Part shown: in pieces, positions 36,182 through 46,953 of the stretch | How positions within the stretch are numbered: position 1 is the stretch's first letter | How the letters are laid out: every line of letters starts with the position of its first letter | DNA from: Isurus oxyrinchus | Lineage: Eukaryota | Length of the DNA: 64,000 nucleotides | Assembly: GCA_026770705.1 (NCBI GenBank) | Contig: JANJGN010000022.1 | Coordinates: 2,790,001-2,854,000, forward strand | Reading direction: 5' to 3' | Made by a program: the position numbers and the translations under genes | Notes under the pieces: generated by a model | What the model was told of the DNA's origin: nothing | The model's database searches: none | What the model saw: the letters and a program-made list of their open reading frames with translations, nothing else

Positions 36182-37289
36182 CTTTTCTTCTCCGCCGATG
36201 CTGCCAGACCTGCTGAGTTTTTCCAGGTAATTCTGTTTTTGTTTTGGATTTCCAGCATCCGCAGTTTTCTTTGTTTTTATTTCCCAATCTATCACCATTT
36301 GAATAATACTCTGCCATTCTGTTTTTCTTACCAAAGTGGGTAACTTCACATTTATCCATGTTATACTGCATCTGCTATGTATTTGCCCACTCACTCAACC
36401 TGCCTAAATCACCTTGAAACCTCTTAACACCCTCATCGCTCATATTCCCACTGAATTTTGTGTCGTCAGCAAACTTAGAAATATTGCATTTGGTTCCCTC
36501 AACCAAATCATTGACATATATTGTGAACAGCAGGGGCCCAAGCACTGATCCCTGTGGTATCGCACTAGTTACCGCCTGCCACTCCGAAAAAGACCCATTT
36601 ATTCCTATTGTCTGTTTCCTGTCTGCTAACAAGAAAATTTCTTTGAACAATTTGGTTCCTAGATGTAAAAATATTGGACATGGGAAATGGGGCTGTTTGA
36701 TTGATACTTAAATATCATTAAATAGGGCAATGAAGAGGCTATTCGCATTCTGATTGGCGTAGAAAGGCAGAGCATCACAGAATTGACATGTCAGGCAGCC
36801 AATGATAAGGGGAGGGTGTTGGGCAGTGGAGAATATTGAGGATAGACATGTCAGGCAGCCAATAAAGAAAGTGTGGGGAGTGGGGGTTTGGATACAGGAG
36901 AACCAATGCGATGAAACCTCCAGGATTATGTCAAACCAGAGTCAGCAAACCTTAAACAACTTGCCTGTCATCCTGTGTAAAGTGAAAAGCCAGGATAACA
37001 TGATAGGGTTACACAGATAGCATAATAGCAGGGATAGATTAGATTCTTTTTCTGAAGAGTTCATACCCAACCCATTAATCTGCTTTCGTTTGCAGATGCC
37101 GATTTATCTGCTGACTGTCTCCAGAATTTGCTGTCTAATTTCTTTTTCATTTGTACTCTTGCAGGTTCCATGTTTGAGTCATTTGCACCTACTGCATAAG
37201 CTGGAGGCTAGCAGGCTGCAAGGCTGCCAGGGTTGTATGCTAGTAGGTTGCACGGCTACAGGGTTACACATGTGCAGGCACTGCAGACT

Positions 37290-37760
37290 AACAGATTAGG
37301 AAGAAGGGAGCAGTAGTCAGTCACTCTATCCAACATGCCTGTTCGTCATTCAATCAGATTGTGGCTGATTCTGTACCTCAGCTCCGTTTGTCCACCTTTC
37401 TCCGTCTCAGTCCCAAAATTTCAATTATCCCCCAAAATCCACAGCCATTGGTAATTTGTATGCTGCAGATTCCCCTTTGTGTGAGAAAATGCTTACTGAT
37501 TCCATTCCTGAATGGTCGAGCTTGAATTTAATGATTCTGCCCACTTGTTCTGCATCCCCCACCCCACAACACCTCCCTAACCAACCAGAGGAAACAGTGT
37601 TCCTCTCTATCTACTCAATGGAATCCCTTTATCATTTTAAACTTGATTAAATCACCCCTCAGCCATCTAAACTTAAAGGGAATACAAGCCAACCTTATGC
37701 AACTTGTCCTCATAATTTAATCCTTTAAGTCCAGTATTATTCTGCTGTATCCGTGCTGCA
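37290..37760 (-). mobile_element. CR1 3' fragment
   Basis: Minus strand GLKGLNYEDKLHKVGLYSL followed by a CR1-like tail. Confidence 0.6.
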
Positions 37761-38619
37761 CCGGTTGTGGCACGGCTGATGGTAAAGGTCGAGCTGCCCA
37801 TCTCCCAAAGGGAAACTTGAAACAGCTGCCAAAACGGTTTTTGCAATTTGTGCACCATAAGGAGAGATTCTGAAATCAGGAAATGATGTCTCCGACTACT
37901 TGTGATGATTTCATAGTAAACATTTATTAAAAGAAAGTAGAGAAAAAAACAATTACACTTAAACACAAGAATGGCTTCTCACAGTAAAACATTACACAAG
38001 ATCTTAACTACTCTCAGAGCTAACTGTCCCCTTTTCTGTTCAACAACTATCCTTATGGATTTCCAAATCTATAGAATTCCAGTCATTTTTAACCATGTAG
38101 TGCTTTTCCTCTTGGGTTGTCCTCTGAGGCTCACAGCAACTGGATCTTCAGGTCTGGTTTTGTTCACACTGTCTTCTGGGAGATCTAAACAGCTACCCCC
38201 TCACAGGGACTTCAGTATTTCCTTAAGTGCATTCCTTCCCTTTGATCTCCCTGTTGTCTCAACCAGTCTCTTCAGAAATGCTTTCTTCCCAGACTTGATT
38301 AGACTCTTCTTTACTTTAGCTCCTAGGCTTTTTAAAAAATAAACTTACCCTATCTTTACCTTATTTACTTACCTTTTTACAAATATATCCCCCTACAAAC
38401 TAAAACAGCTCAATTCAAAACTGCTCCTGTTATTGTTTTATGTGGAACTCTTGATTGAAGTTCCTCTTGGTTCATCAACATATCAAAACCACTTCTTACT
38501 GTTGGTTTTAGACTCTTGCAGTCACTCTGGCTCTTACTCCAATTACCATATCTACAAACCCACAACAGCCTGTCTTCTAGTATATAAGAAATATGACAGA
38601 ATTATTAACAGAAGGATAA

Positions 38620-39720
38620 TATGACCATTTTTGTCAACCCTCCCCAAGGCCAATATATCCTTCCTGAGGTACAGGGCCCAGAACTGAGCAGTTTCCAAAT
38701 GGGATCTAACCAGAATCATCTTGTCTCAGCTCTTTGCCCCTTAGTAGGTTGAAAATATTCCAATTTATCTTTCTCCAATCTAAAATGGAATAACTCGCAC
38801 TTCCCCCACATTGAACTCCATCTGAACAGAACTGCCATTGTTTATCCCCACTTAGTCTGTCCCTGTCCCTTTGTAACATCCTGCTCCCATCCATACAACT
38901 TACTGCATGTCCCAGCAGTGTCATGTGCAAACTTGGATATGCAACTCTCTATTCCTCCATCCAAGTCAGTGTGATATGTGATGAAAAACTGAGGCTCCAG
39001 TATAGACCCCTTGGGAACATTACTTGTCTTAATCTGCCAGTCAGGGAACACTTCCTTTATCTCTACTTTCTGTCTCCTCTTTCTGACTAATTACTGATCC
39101 ATGTCACAAGGTTACCTCCAATTCCACAAACTTTCAGCTTAGTTAATAACCTAATGCACGAAACCATATTAAATGCCTTTGAACGTCCAGAGGGACAATG
39201 TCCTCACACATTCCCCTATCCGCCATGCTAGAAACCTCTTTCCAACATTCAACAAGGGTTGGTCAAACATGACCCATTCTTCACTAATTCATGCTGACTC
39301 TCTTTGACAGTTGATATTTATTCGAGAGCTGATTATTCTGGCTCTCACGACTGAGTAAGGTAACTGCCCCATGATTGGTGTTAACTTGACAGGTCTGTAC
39401 TTACCTGGTTACCCTCTCCTCTAAAAAAAGGAGTGACATTTGCAATTTTCCAATCCAAAGGTTTAATTCCCAAATCTACAAAGTTATGGAACATTATGAA
39501 CATCAGCAATTTTCTCACTTGTTAAACACCCCAGATATTTTCTTTAAGTCCCATTATTTTCTCCATTACCACTTTTTCTTAAACTTGTATTAAATCCACT
39601 AAGTTCCTTCCCCTTGACTTATTTATAGGTTTCAGTGTACTGCTCGTATTCTCTCCTCTTCTTTTACTTTGAAAACATTGTAAAGTACTCATTTAATAAG
39701 TCTGCCATTCCTTTATTATC
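38620..39720 (-). mobile_element. Degenerate CR1 RT fragment
   Basis: VPKGSILEPQFFITY..DLD.GIESCISKFAHDT (ORF 38842-39051). Confidence 0.7.
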
Positions 39721-40479
39721 CAATGTCATCTTGCCTGCATCTTTCCATTAGAAATTAGATACATGCTTAGAATAAACATATATTTAGTAGTCAGCCCAAA
39801 ATAGGTAAAGCAATAGGTTAGTGCTAATGGAGCAATATTCGCTCTTCCACTTTCTCAATATATTCATAAAAGGTTTTACTGTCAGCTTTGATAAGCAGAG
39901 TTTTCTTAGTTGCAACTTCTTTTCCAATTTCCTTTTTGCACTTGATTACCTTTCTTTGTATTTTTTTGCTTCTTATAGTTCTCACAATCCACTGGATTTC
40001 GTTTCTACAAGCTTATGTAAACCTTTTCTCTTAGCTCAATACTGTCTCCTACTTTGTTGAACACTGTTGGTTAACTACACCAAAGGAGCCTTTGCTGTTT
40101 ACGGTTATATGGCTTGTCTTTCATCTGACCTCCTTCCAAGGATTGGCTGCCCTATGAACAATCTTCCTCCAAAGATTTCTATTCTCCGCTGCCATCACTG
40201 CCTGTCCCATAGAGGCCAGTCCAGGGTTATGTAATGGTTTTGCACCATATTGAATACTTCTTTGAATACAGTACTTACCATTGTTTGTCAGGTTCATCCT
40301 GGTTTACTATGGGCAATTTATTTCTCATCCCTCTGAAGCTTGCAGTGCTTAAATTTAACAGCTTACTGTGACTCTCCATCTCTGTAGGGTATGTAGGGTA
40401 TGTACACTGGGAGAGTTGCCATGGCTGCAGTGAGTGTCTGTAAGCATGTTGTATGGTTGCAGGAAATGTTTTAATTTTA

Positions 40480-41105
40480 ATTAGTTCTTGGAATGTGTCA
40501 ATGGCAAAGCCAACATTTTATTACCTATCCCTAATTGCCCTTGAACTGAGTGGCTTGCTCAACCATTTCAGAGGGCAGTTAATCAACCACATTGCTTCCT
40601 CCAGTTGTGTCAGCATCACATCCACCAACAGATTTTTTATATGAATGAAACAGCAATGTGATAATGACCAGATAATGTTTTTTGTGACGTTGATTGAGGG
40701 ATAGATATTGACCAGGACAGTGGGGAGAACTCCACTACTCTTCCAAATAGTGCCATGGGATCATTTACATCCACCCAAGGTGGGACCTTGGTTTAACATC
40801 TCATCTGAAAGCCAGCACCTCCAACAATGCAGTACTCCTTCAGTCCTGCACTGAAGCATCAACCGTGCCTGTGGGTCTGGAGTCACATCTGGGCCAAACT
40901 AGGTAATGAAGACAGATTTCCTCCCCTGAAAGACATTAGTGATTTTTTAAATAACAATCTGGTAGTTTCATGGTTATTATTAATGAGACTAACATTTTAT
41001 TTCAGATGTATTCATTAATTGAATTTAAATTCCCACAGCTGCTATGGTGGTATGTGAACTCAAGTCTCTGGAGTATTAATCCTGTCCCCTGTATTATGAG
41101 TCCAT
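40480..41105 (-). mobile_element. tRNA-derived SINE (LINE-shared tail family) with a nested Deu-SINE fragment at ~40640-40865
   Basis: atccctaattgcccttgaactgagtggcttgct...caaccacattgct, then the Deu insert, then tgtgggtctggagtcacat...; same family as 42147-42465 and 51840-52225. Confidence 0.7.
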
Positions 41106-41107
41106 TG

Positions 41108-42550
41108 AAGAATCACAGAATCGTTCTGGTGCAGGTGGTGGCCATTTGGCCCATCGGCCATTGTGTCTGCACCAGCTCTCAGAATGAGCATTATGCCTCA
41201 GTGCAATTCTTCTGCCTTTTCCCCATACCCCTGCACATTGTTTCTATTTAAATAATCATCTAATGCCCTCTGGAATGCCTCCATTGAACCTGCCTCCACC
41301 ACACTTCCAGGCAGTGCATTCCAGACCCGAACCTGTGAAAATGTTTTTCTCACATCACATTTCCTTCTTTTGCAAAACACTTTAAATCTGTGCCCTCTTG
41401 TTCCCGAACCTTGTTACAAGTGGGAACAGCTTCTCCCTATCTACTCTGTCCAGCCCCCTCATGATTATGAACACCTCTATCAAATCTCCTCTTAACTTTC
41501 TACTCTCCAAGGAAAACAGTCCCAACTTCTCCAATCTATCTTCATAAGTGAAGTTTCTCATCTCTGGAACCTTTCTTGCAAACCTCTTCTACACTCTCTC
41601 CAATGTGTTCATATTCTTCCTAAAATGTGGCACCCAGATCTGTACACAATACTCCAGCTGAGGTCTAACTGGTGTCCTATACAAGTTCAGCATAACCTCC
41701 TTGCTCTTGTACTCTTTGCCCTATTAATGACACCTAGGATACTGTATGCTTTATTAACTGCTCTCTCCACCTGTACTGCCACCTTTAATGACTTATGCAC
41801 ATATACACCAGAGTCCCTCTGCTTCTGCACACCCTTTAGAATAGTACCCCTTATTTTATATTGTTTCTCCATCTTCTCCCCACCAAAATGAATCACCTCA
41901 CACTTCCCTGCATTGAACTTCATATACCACATACCTGCCCACTCCACGAACTTGTCTGTCCTTTTGAAGTTCTGGACTGACCTCACAGTTTACAATACTT
42001 TCCAATTGTCCCCTGCACACCAAGACCTAGATCGTTAACATTACCAAAAAAAAGCAAGGGGAGCTCCACAACAAACATTCCTCTGGCCCGAAAAATATCC
42101 ATTAACCATTACTTGTCATTTCCTATTAACTCAACCACTTTTGTAGTCATATTGCTGTCGTGGTTCTGGAATACTCGACCCAGAGTAGCTCTGGAGACCT
42201 GGGTTCGAATCCACCGCCAGCAGATGGTGAAACTGGAATTTGATTAGAAAAAAAAAATCTGGAATTAAAAGTCAGATGACGACCTCTGAAACCATTGCTG
42301 ATTGTTGACAAAAGAAAACCCATCTGGTCCACTGGTGCCCCTTTTGGGGAGGAAATCTGCCGTCCGTACCTGGGTCGGGCCCACAGGTGACTCCAGACCC
42401 TCTGAGCAAGGGGCAATTAGGGATGGGCAATAAAGGCTGACCTAGCCAGCAGAGCTCACATCCCTGTCCCTTTTATTCCATGGGCTATAGCCTCTCTCAC
42501 AAAGGTTAACATTACCACTACTGTACCAGGCCCACAATTACACACTGCCA
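41108..42550 (-). mobile_element. CR1 3' portion (split by the SINE at 42147-42465)
   Basis: MKFNAGKCEVIHFG...QRDSGVYVHKSLKVA.QVERAV.KAY.ILG.I.R (ORF 41687-41986); RVWNALP..VVEA (41198-41380). Confidence 0.85.
42147..42465 (+). mobile_element. tRNA-derived SINE with LINE-shared 3' tail
   Basis: B-box gggttcgaatcc; body aaaacccatctggt..actg..gccc.ttt.gggga.gaaatctgccgtcc.tacctgg...gtgactccagaccc; tail gcaattagggatgggcaataaa...cacatccc. Confidence 0.75.
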
Positions 42551-42587
42551 GGTTGCAGGAAATGCACACTACAGCTGACGTGACACA

Positions 42588-42790
42588 CGGGGGGGGGGGG
42601 GTTGGGGTGGGGGAGGTGGGGGGAGGGGGGTGGGGTGGGGGAGATGAGGGGGGGGGGAGGTGGGGGAGGGGGGGTGGGGTGGGGGAGATGAGGGGGGGGA
42701 GGGGGGGGTGGGGTGGGGGAGATGAGGGGGGGGGAGGGGGGGGTGGGGTGGGGGAGATGAAGGGGGGGAGAGGGGAGGGGGGGGAGGGGC
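42588..42790. repeat. G-rich tandem repeat (ggggtgggggagatgagggggg-like)
   Basis: Several copies of ggggtgggggagatga separated by G-runs; plus strand almost purely G/A/T. Confidence 0.85.
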
Positions 42791-42799
42791 TCAGACTGT

Positions 42800-43994
42800 A
42801 GAGGTCGCAACTCCCCAGAAGCGGCCCCTTCACAGAAGTTGCGCCATTGCAGGTTGTTCAAGTGTTGGCCGCCTGCGCGCATGCGCCAGCTGGGGAGGAA
42901 AGGGGGGGAGGGGAGGGGTGGGGGGGAGGAGGAGGAGGGGGGGCGCGACCCCTGCCCTCCACTCCCCTCCCCTCCCATTGGACCGTCCGGCAGAGGGTTC
43001 GACGCGCATGCGCAGCGCCAACCCACTTTGACTTTCAGCAGCCCTTCATCGGGAGCGCGCGCGGCCAGAACCGTGCGAAAGACCCAACCGAACAACCATT
43101 ACCCTATTAGTAGATTTAAATGTATACCTGCAATGCACAGTCCCGCGCTCTCGGCTTCTCTATTGAATGTCACACGCTGACGCGCCTGACCGTGAGCGCG
43201 CGCACAGCCCCGGGAGTCAGCGGTTTGTTTTCGCGGGGGGATCGCGCGCTCCCGTTCCTCACAAATCTCCGGCATTTTCCTGTTGAAGACGAGAGCTACG
43301 CAAGGACCCTAGAAACCAACAGCCAATCAGAAGACAGTACTCTCTTGCAATGCCCGCCCCCGCCGCTTGTTCTGACCAATCAGAGAGAGGCCAGTACCTG
43401 CCCTCTGTATTTTTAGTCCGGTGCCGTTCACTCCGTATCCTTCCGCGATCTATGTTTACCAGAGATGATGCTTCGATCGATTGTTTGTACCTTAAATTTA
43501 TTATTACAACGATTTCAACAGTGTCACGATTCATCACTAAAGTGATTTCAGTTCGTGGTTTTTGCTGTTCTGTTTGATTTTTAAACAAGAACGAGTTAAA
43601 ACACAGGTACTATTTTCCGAGGGCCTTCACTTAACAAGCTGAGGCTGACACGACGGTGATGGAGTGACGGACAGGCCACTTGAACCAATCACAATACAGC
43701 ATGTAGGACCCGCCCCCTCGTCTCCACCCGATTTAAAGGGCATCACCGAAAGAGGGGCGGGGTCAGTACCTGCCTGATGACCAATCGAAACGGCTCAAAG
43801 CAGTGGGGGTTCCACCTACTGCCTTGACGTGCATAATGATAAAGTAGTTCCGAGGATTTCGCCGCCGAGCCGCTCCGCCTCCCGGTGCCGAGGGGCCGCG
43901 GAGGGGGCGAGGCTATAAATAGCGGTGCGCTGCGGGCCGATGGCAATGAGTTGTAAACGCTCCCGGGTGGAGGGAGTGTACCTGCGGTGGAGGA
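42800..43994. promoter_or_regulatory. TOB1: CpG-rich promoter region of TOB1
   Basis: Dense CpG in an otherwise CpG-depleted window; NRF1-type GCGCATGCGC (42877, 43004); CCAAT (~43323, 43376, 43685, 43781); GC boxes (~43353, 43710, 43754); CRE-like TGACGT (43825); about 3 kb upstream of the TOB1 CDS. Confidence 0.75.
43913..43922 (+). promoter_or_regulatory. TOB1: TATA box (CTATAAATAG); predicted TSS ~43940-43950
   Basis: TATAAAT lies downstream of the CCAAT/GC/CRE motifs in a GC-rich context; the TSS position is inferred from standard spacing only. Confidence 0.6.
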
Positions 43995-44094
43995 NNNNNN
44001 NNNNNNNNNNNNNNNNNNNNNNNNNNNNNNNNNNNNNNNNNNNNNNNNNNNNNNNNNNNNNNNNNNNNNNNNNNNNNNNNNNNNNNNNNNNNNN
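43995..44094. other. Assembly gap (100 N)
   Basis: Exactly 100 n; true size unknown; probably hides the end of TOB1 exon 1 and its splice donor. Confidence 0.99.
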
Positions 44095-45387
44095 CCAAAA
44101 TATTCCCCCTTCCCCCCCAAAATATTCCCCCTTCCCCCCAAAATATTCCCCCTTCCCCCCAAAATATTCCCCCTTCCCCCCCAAAATATTCCCCCTTCCC
44201 CCCCAAAATATTCCCCCTTCCCCCCAAAATATTCCCCCTCCCCCCCAAAATATTCCCCCTCCCCCCAAATATTCCCCCCTTCCCCCCAAAATATTCCCCC
44301 TTCCCCCCCCCAAATATTCCCCCCTTCCCCCCCCCCAAATATTCCCCCTTCCCCCCCCCCAAATATTCCCCCTTCCCCCCCCCAAATATTCCCCCTTCCC
44401 CCCCCCCAAATATTCCCCCTTCCCCCCCCCAAATATTCCCCCTTCCCCCCCCAAATATTCCCCCTTCCCCCCCCAAATATTCCCCCTTCCCCCCCCAAAT
44501 ATTCCCCCTTCCCCCCCAAAATATTCCCCCTTCCCCCCCAAAATATTCCCCCTTCCCCCCAAAATATTCCCCCTTCCCCCCAAAATATTCCCCCTTCCCC
44601 CCAAAATATTCCCCCTCCCCCCCCAAATATTCCCCCTCCCCCCCCAAAATATTCCCCCTCCCCCCCAAAATATTCCCCCTTCCCCCCCAAAATATTCCCC
44701 CTCCCCCCCAAAATATTCCCCCTTCCCCCCCAAAATATTCCCCCTTCCCCCCCAAATATTCCCCCTTCCCCCCCAAATATTCCCCCTTCCCCCCCAAATA
44801 TTCCCCTTCCTCCCCCCCCAAATATTCCCCCTTCCCCCCCCAAATATTCCCCCTTCCCCCCCCCAAATATTCCCCCTTCCCCCCCCCCAAATATTCCCCC
44901 TTCCCCCCCCCCAAATATTCCCCCTTCCCCCCCCCCAAATATTCCCCCTTCCCCCCCCCCCCAAATATTCCCCCTTCCCCCCCCCCAAATATTCCCCCTT
45001 CCCCCCCCCCAAATATTCCCCCTTCCCCCCCCCCAAATATTCCCCCTTCCCCCCCAAATATTCCCCCTCTCCCCGCAAACATCCCCCTCCTCCTCTCCCC
45101 CCTCCAAAATATCTCCCACCCTCCTCCTCCCCCCCAAAATATCTCCCCTCTCCCTCTGAAAATATACCCCTCCTCCTCCCCCACCCAAAACGTCCCCCCT
45201 ACCCCACAAGCATCCCCCCTCCAAAATATCATCCCTCCTTCCCCCCCCCCCCCCAATATACTTCTCCGTCTCCCCCACCCAAAATATCCCCCCTCCGCCC
45301 CCACAAAATATTCCCTCCCTCCTCCCCCCCCCCCAACCAAAATATCCCCCCTCCTCCTCCACGTCCCTCCCACTGCCCAAAATCATC

Positions 45388-45424
<37 letters not shown>

Positions 45425-45430
45425 ATCCCA
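44095..45430. repeat. C-rich minisatellite (~21-25-bp unit aaatattcccccttccccccc), degenerating after ~45070
   Basis: About 40 or more units with an AATATT core and variable C-runs; lies in the presumed TOB1 intron 1. Confidence 0.95.
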
Positions 45431-46771
45431 CCCAACCGCCTGGGGACCCCCTGTCACCCCCCTCCCCCCCAAGCTGCACACACCCTCTTCTTCCCCTCCC
45501 CCCTTGCCTGTGGACCCCTTTTCCCCCACTCTGTTTGGAGACCCTTCCACTTTGCCTGGTGGACCTCCCCAGTCCCTCCTGGGGTCTGTTTTATAGCTCT
45601 TCCCACTCCACTTGGGGACTGCTTCCCTTCCTCCCACTCTCCCCTCCCTCTGCCTGGGAACCCCTCCCCATCCTGCACCCACTCTCCCTGGCAGACCCTA
45701 CCCTCATCTATCCTACCTCTCCATTGGTGTGTACTCTCCAAAAGCCTGTACCTCTTAATGCCCATGAAGGGGCAGTCCTTGCTCCCCCAAGACATTACGC
45801 AGCCTTTAATAAAATGGAACATTTATTTGCTCCCATCTCTAACTCCTAATAGCCTTGAAATCTTGCTCTGCCCTCCTGGCAATTAACTCTGATTGCTGGG
45901 CGTAATCTCTCTCCTGCTGTAGCTGGAATGAAAGGGTTAGTAATTTAGCTGGCAGTCTGCCTGTGGCATTTAAAGGGCTGGCATGGTGCCTGGTTTTAAT
46001 CTGTATGGTATTTAAAGGGTGTCTGTGCCCTCCCTAGTGCATGGCATCTCTTGATTTGGTATTGAAGGGCCTGTGTTCGGGGCCTACTCTGTTGTACTGA
46101 TGTGTTTATTGCTTATGTGTCTGGCGTGCTTACGGTTAATCAGATCATTTGCATTCTGCCTGGTATTTGCAGTCAGTGACGTTCATTCATTCTGTGCACT
46201 TCACAATCATGCGTTTGACGTCAATATGAGACCTGAAGCATAAAAGAAGCTGGGACCTTTCCAAATATAACCTCTCACCTCTGAGCAAACACAATTCTTT
46301 TATACAAAATTAAAAGCAAAAGCCCAGATTTTTCCCCTTTGGATTTGTTGCATGGTTATTTTGAAGATGTTATTTATCCCTGAGCAATGGTGCCGATTCT
46401 GCAGATTGCTGCCCTCGGATCTATTTTCCTAATTCCAATTGGACAGTTGGCTTAATTGCTCAATCTGTGACGTAGGTATTTGATTTATTTTGAAGGTTGT
46501 CAATTTTTTTTAAAAGCCATCTGGCTTTAATTTGATTTGTAATTGAGTCAGAGTTACTCTAAAAGAATACTTGAGGTGCTGGGACATTGGATTTTTTCAG
46601 TCATTGTAAGCCTCAGTCTTTATGTGGTTTAATATTTAATGCGGAGTTACATGCAAAGCAGGAATTATTGAAAATTACTCTGTTGTAACATGAGGATGGA
46701 AGTGCCATTGAAATGATGACACTGAAATTTTGCCCTTTTTCTTACTTACCTTTGTTTTTCCCCCTTTCAAG

Positions 46772-46953
46772 GAACAGACAGCATTACTCACTTGAGGAAA
46801 ACAAAAATTCCACCCTAACCAGCACTTTGTAAGAAACCTGAAGCTTCTATCTGAGGCGATTTAAACACTGCCTTTCAGGAGTTAATATATATTATATATT
46901 TTCTTTTGGTTTGCAACGCAGAGTTTACAACTCATTCTAGTGATTGAGCAGCT
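46772..46953 (+). other. TOB1: TOB1 last-exon 5'UTR portion after a splice acceptor
   Basis: Long polypyrimidine tract ending tttcaag|g (AG at 46770-46771); no ATG before 46954; in-frame TGA at 46945. Confidence 0.65.

Larger units (their letters stand above)
35191..36278 (-). mobile_element. Young 5'-truncated Penelope-like element with GIY-YIG domain and inverted termini
   Basis: ORF 35678-36007 NLVYCIRCSQCGLLYIGETKRKLGDRFAEHL...HFN...E..LI....T..P.GLN (GIY-YIG); near-perfect ~124-bp inverted arms at 35191-35314 and 36117-36240; perfect 17-bp TSD atttcccaatctatcac at 35174-35190 and 36279-36295. Confidence 0.93.
34445..36630 (-). mobile_element. CR1 ORF2 3' portion (split by a Penelope element)
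   Basis: IPQGSVLGPLLFTIYVNDL...ISKFADDTK (36375-36650) and QRDLGVLVHQSLK...RPHLE..VQFWSPYLRK (34930-35190); tail near 34445 (agaaacatagaaa). Confidence 0.9.
34327..36954. mobile_element. MITE with (T)AGGGTTGCCAAC-type TIRs, split by a CR1 insertion
   Basis: Left half (gttgccaaccctccaggattgtcctggagtctccaggaatt, 34327-34444) and right half (36631-36954, ending atgaaacctccagga...cagagtcagcaaacctta) match the uninterrupted copy at 58375-58737. Confidence 0.6.

Noticed and set aside
37051-37145. Additional hammerhead in a very old PLE-tail-like remnant
   Set aside because: CTGAAGA is present but the GAAA box and stems are lost.
42538-43588. ORFs across the CpG-rich region
   Set aside because: GC-rich promoter sequence is poor in stop codons; no recognisable domains.
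43743-45886. Long Gly-rich and Pro-rich ORFs (390-653 aa) on both strands
   Set aside because: They are translations of the C-rich minisatellite and run through the N gap; low-complexity sequence lacks stops in many frames.
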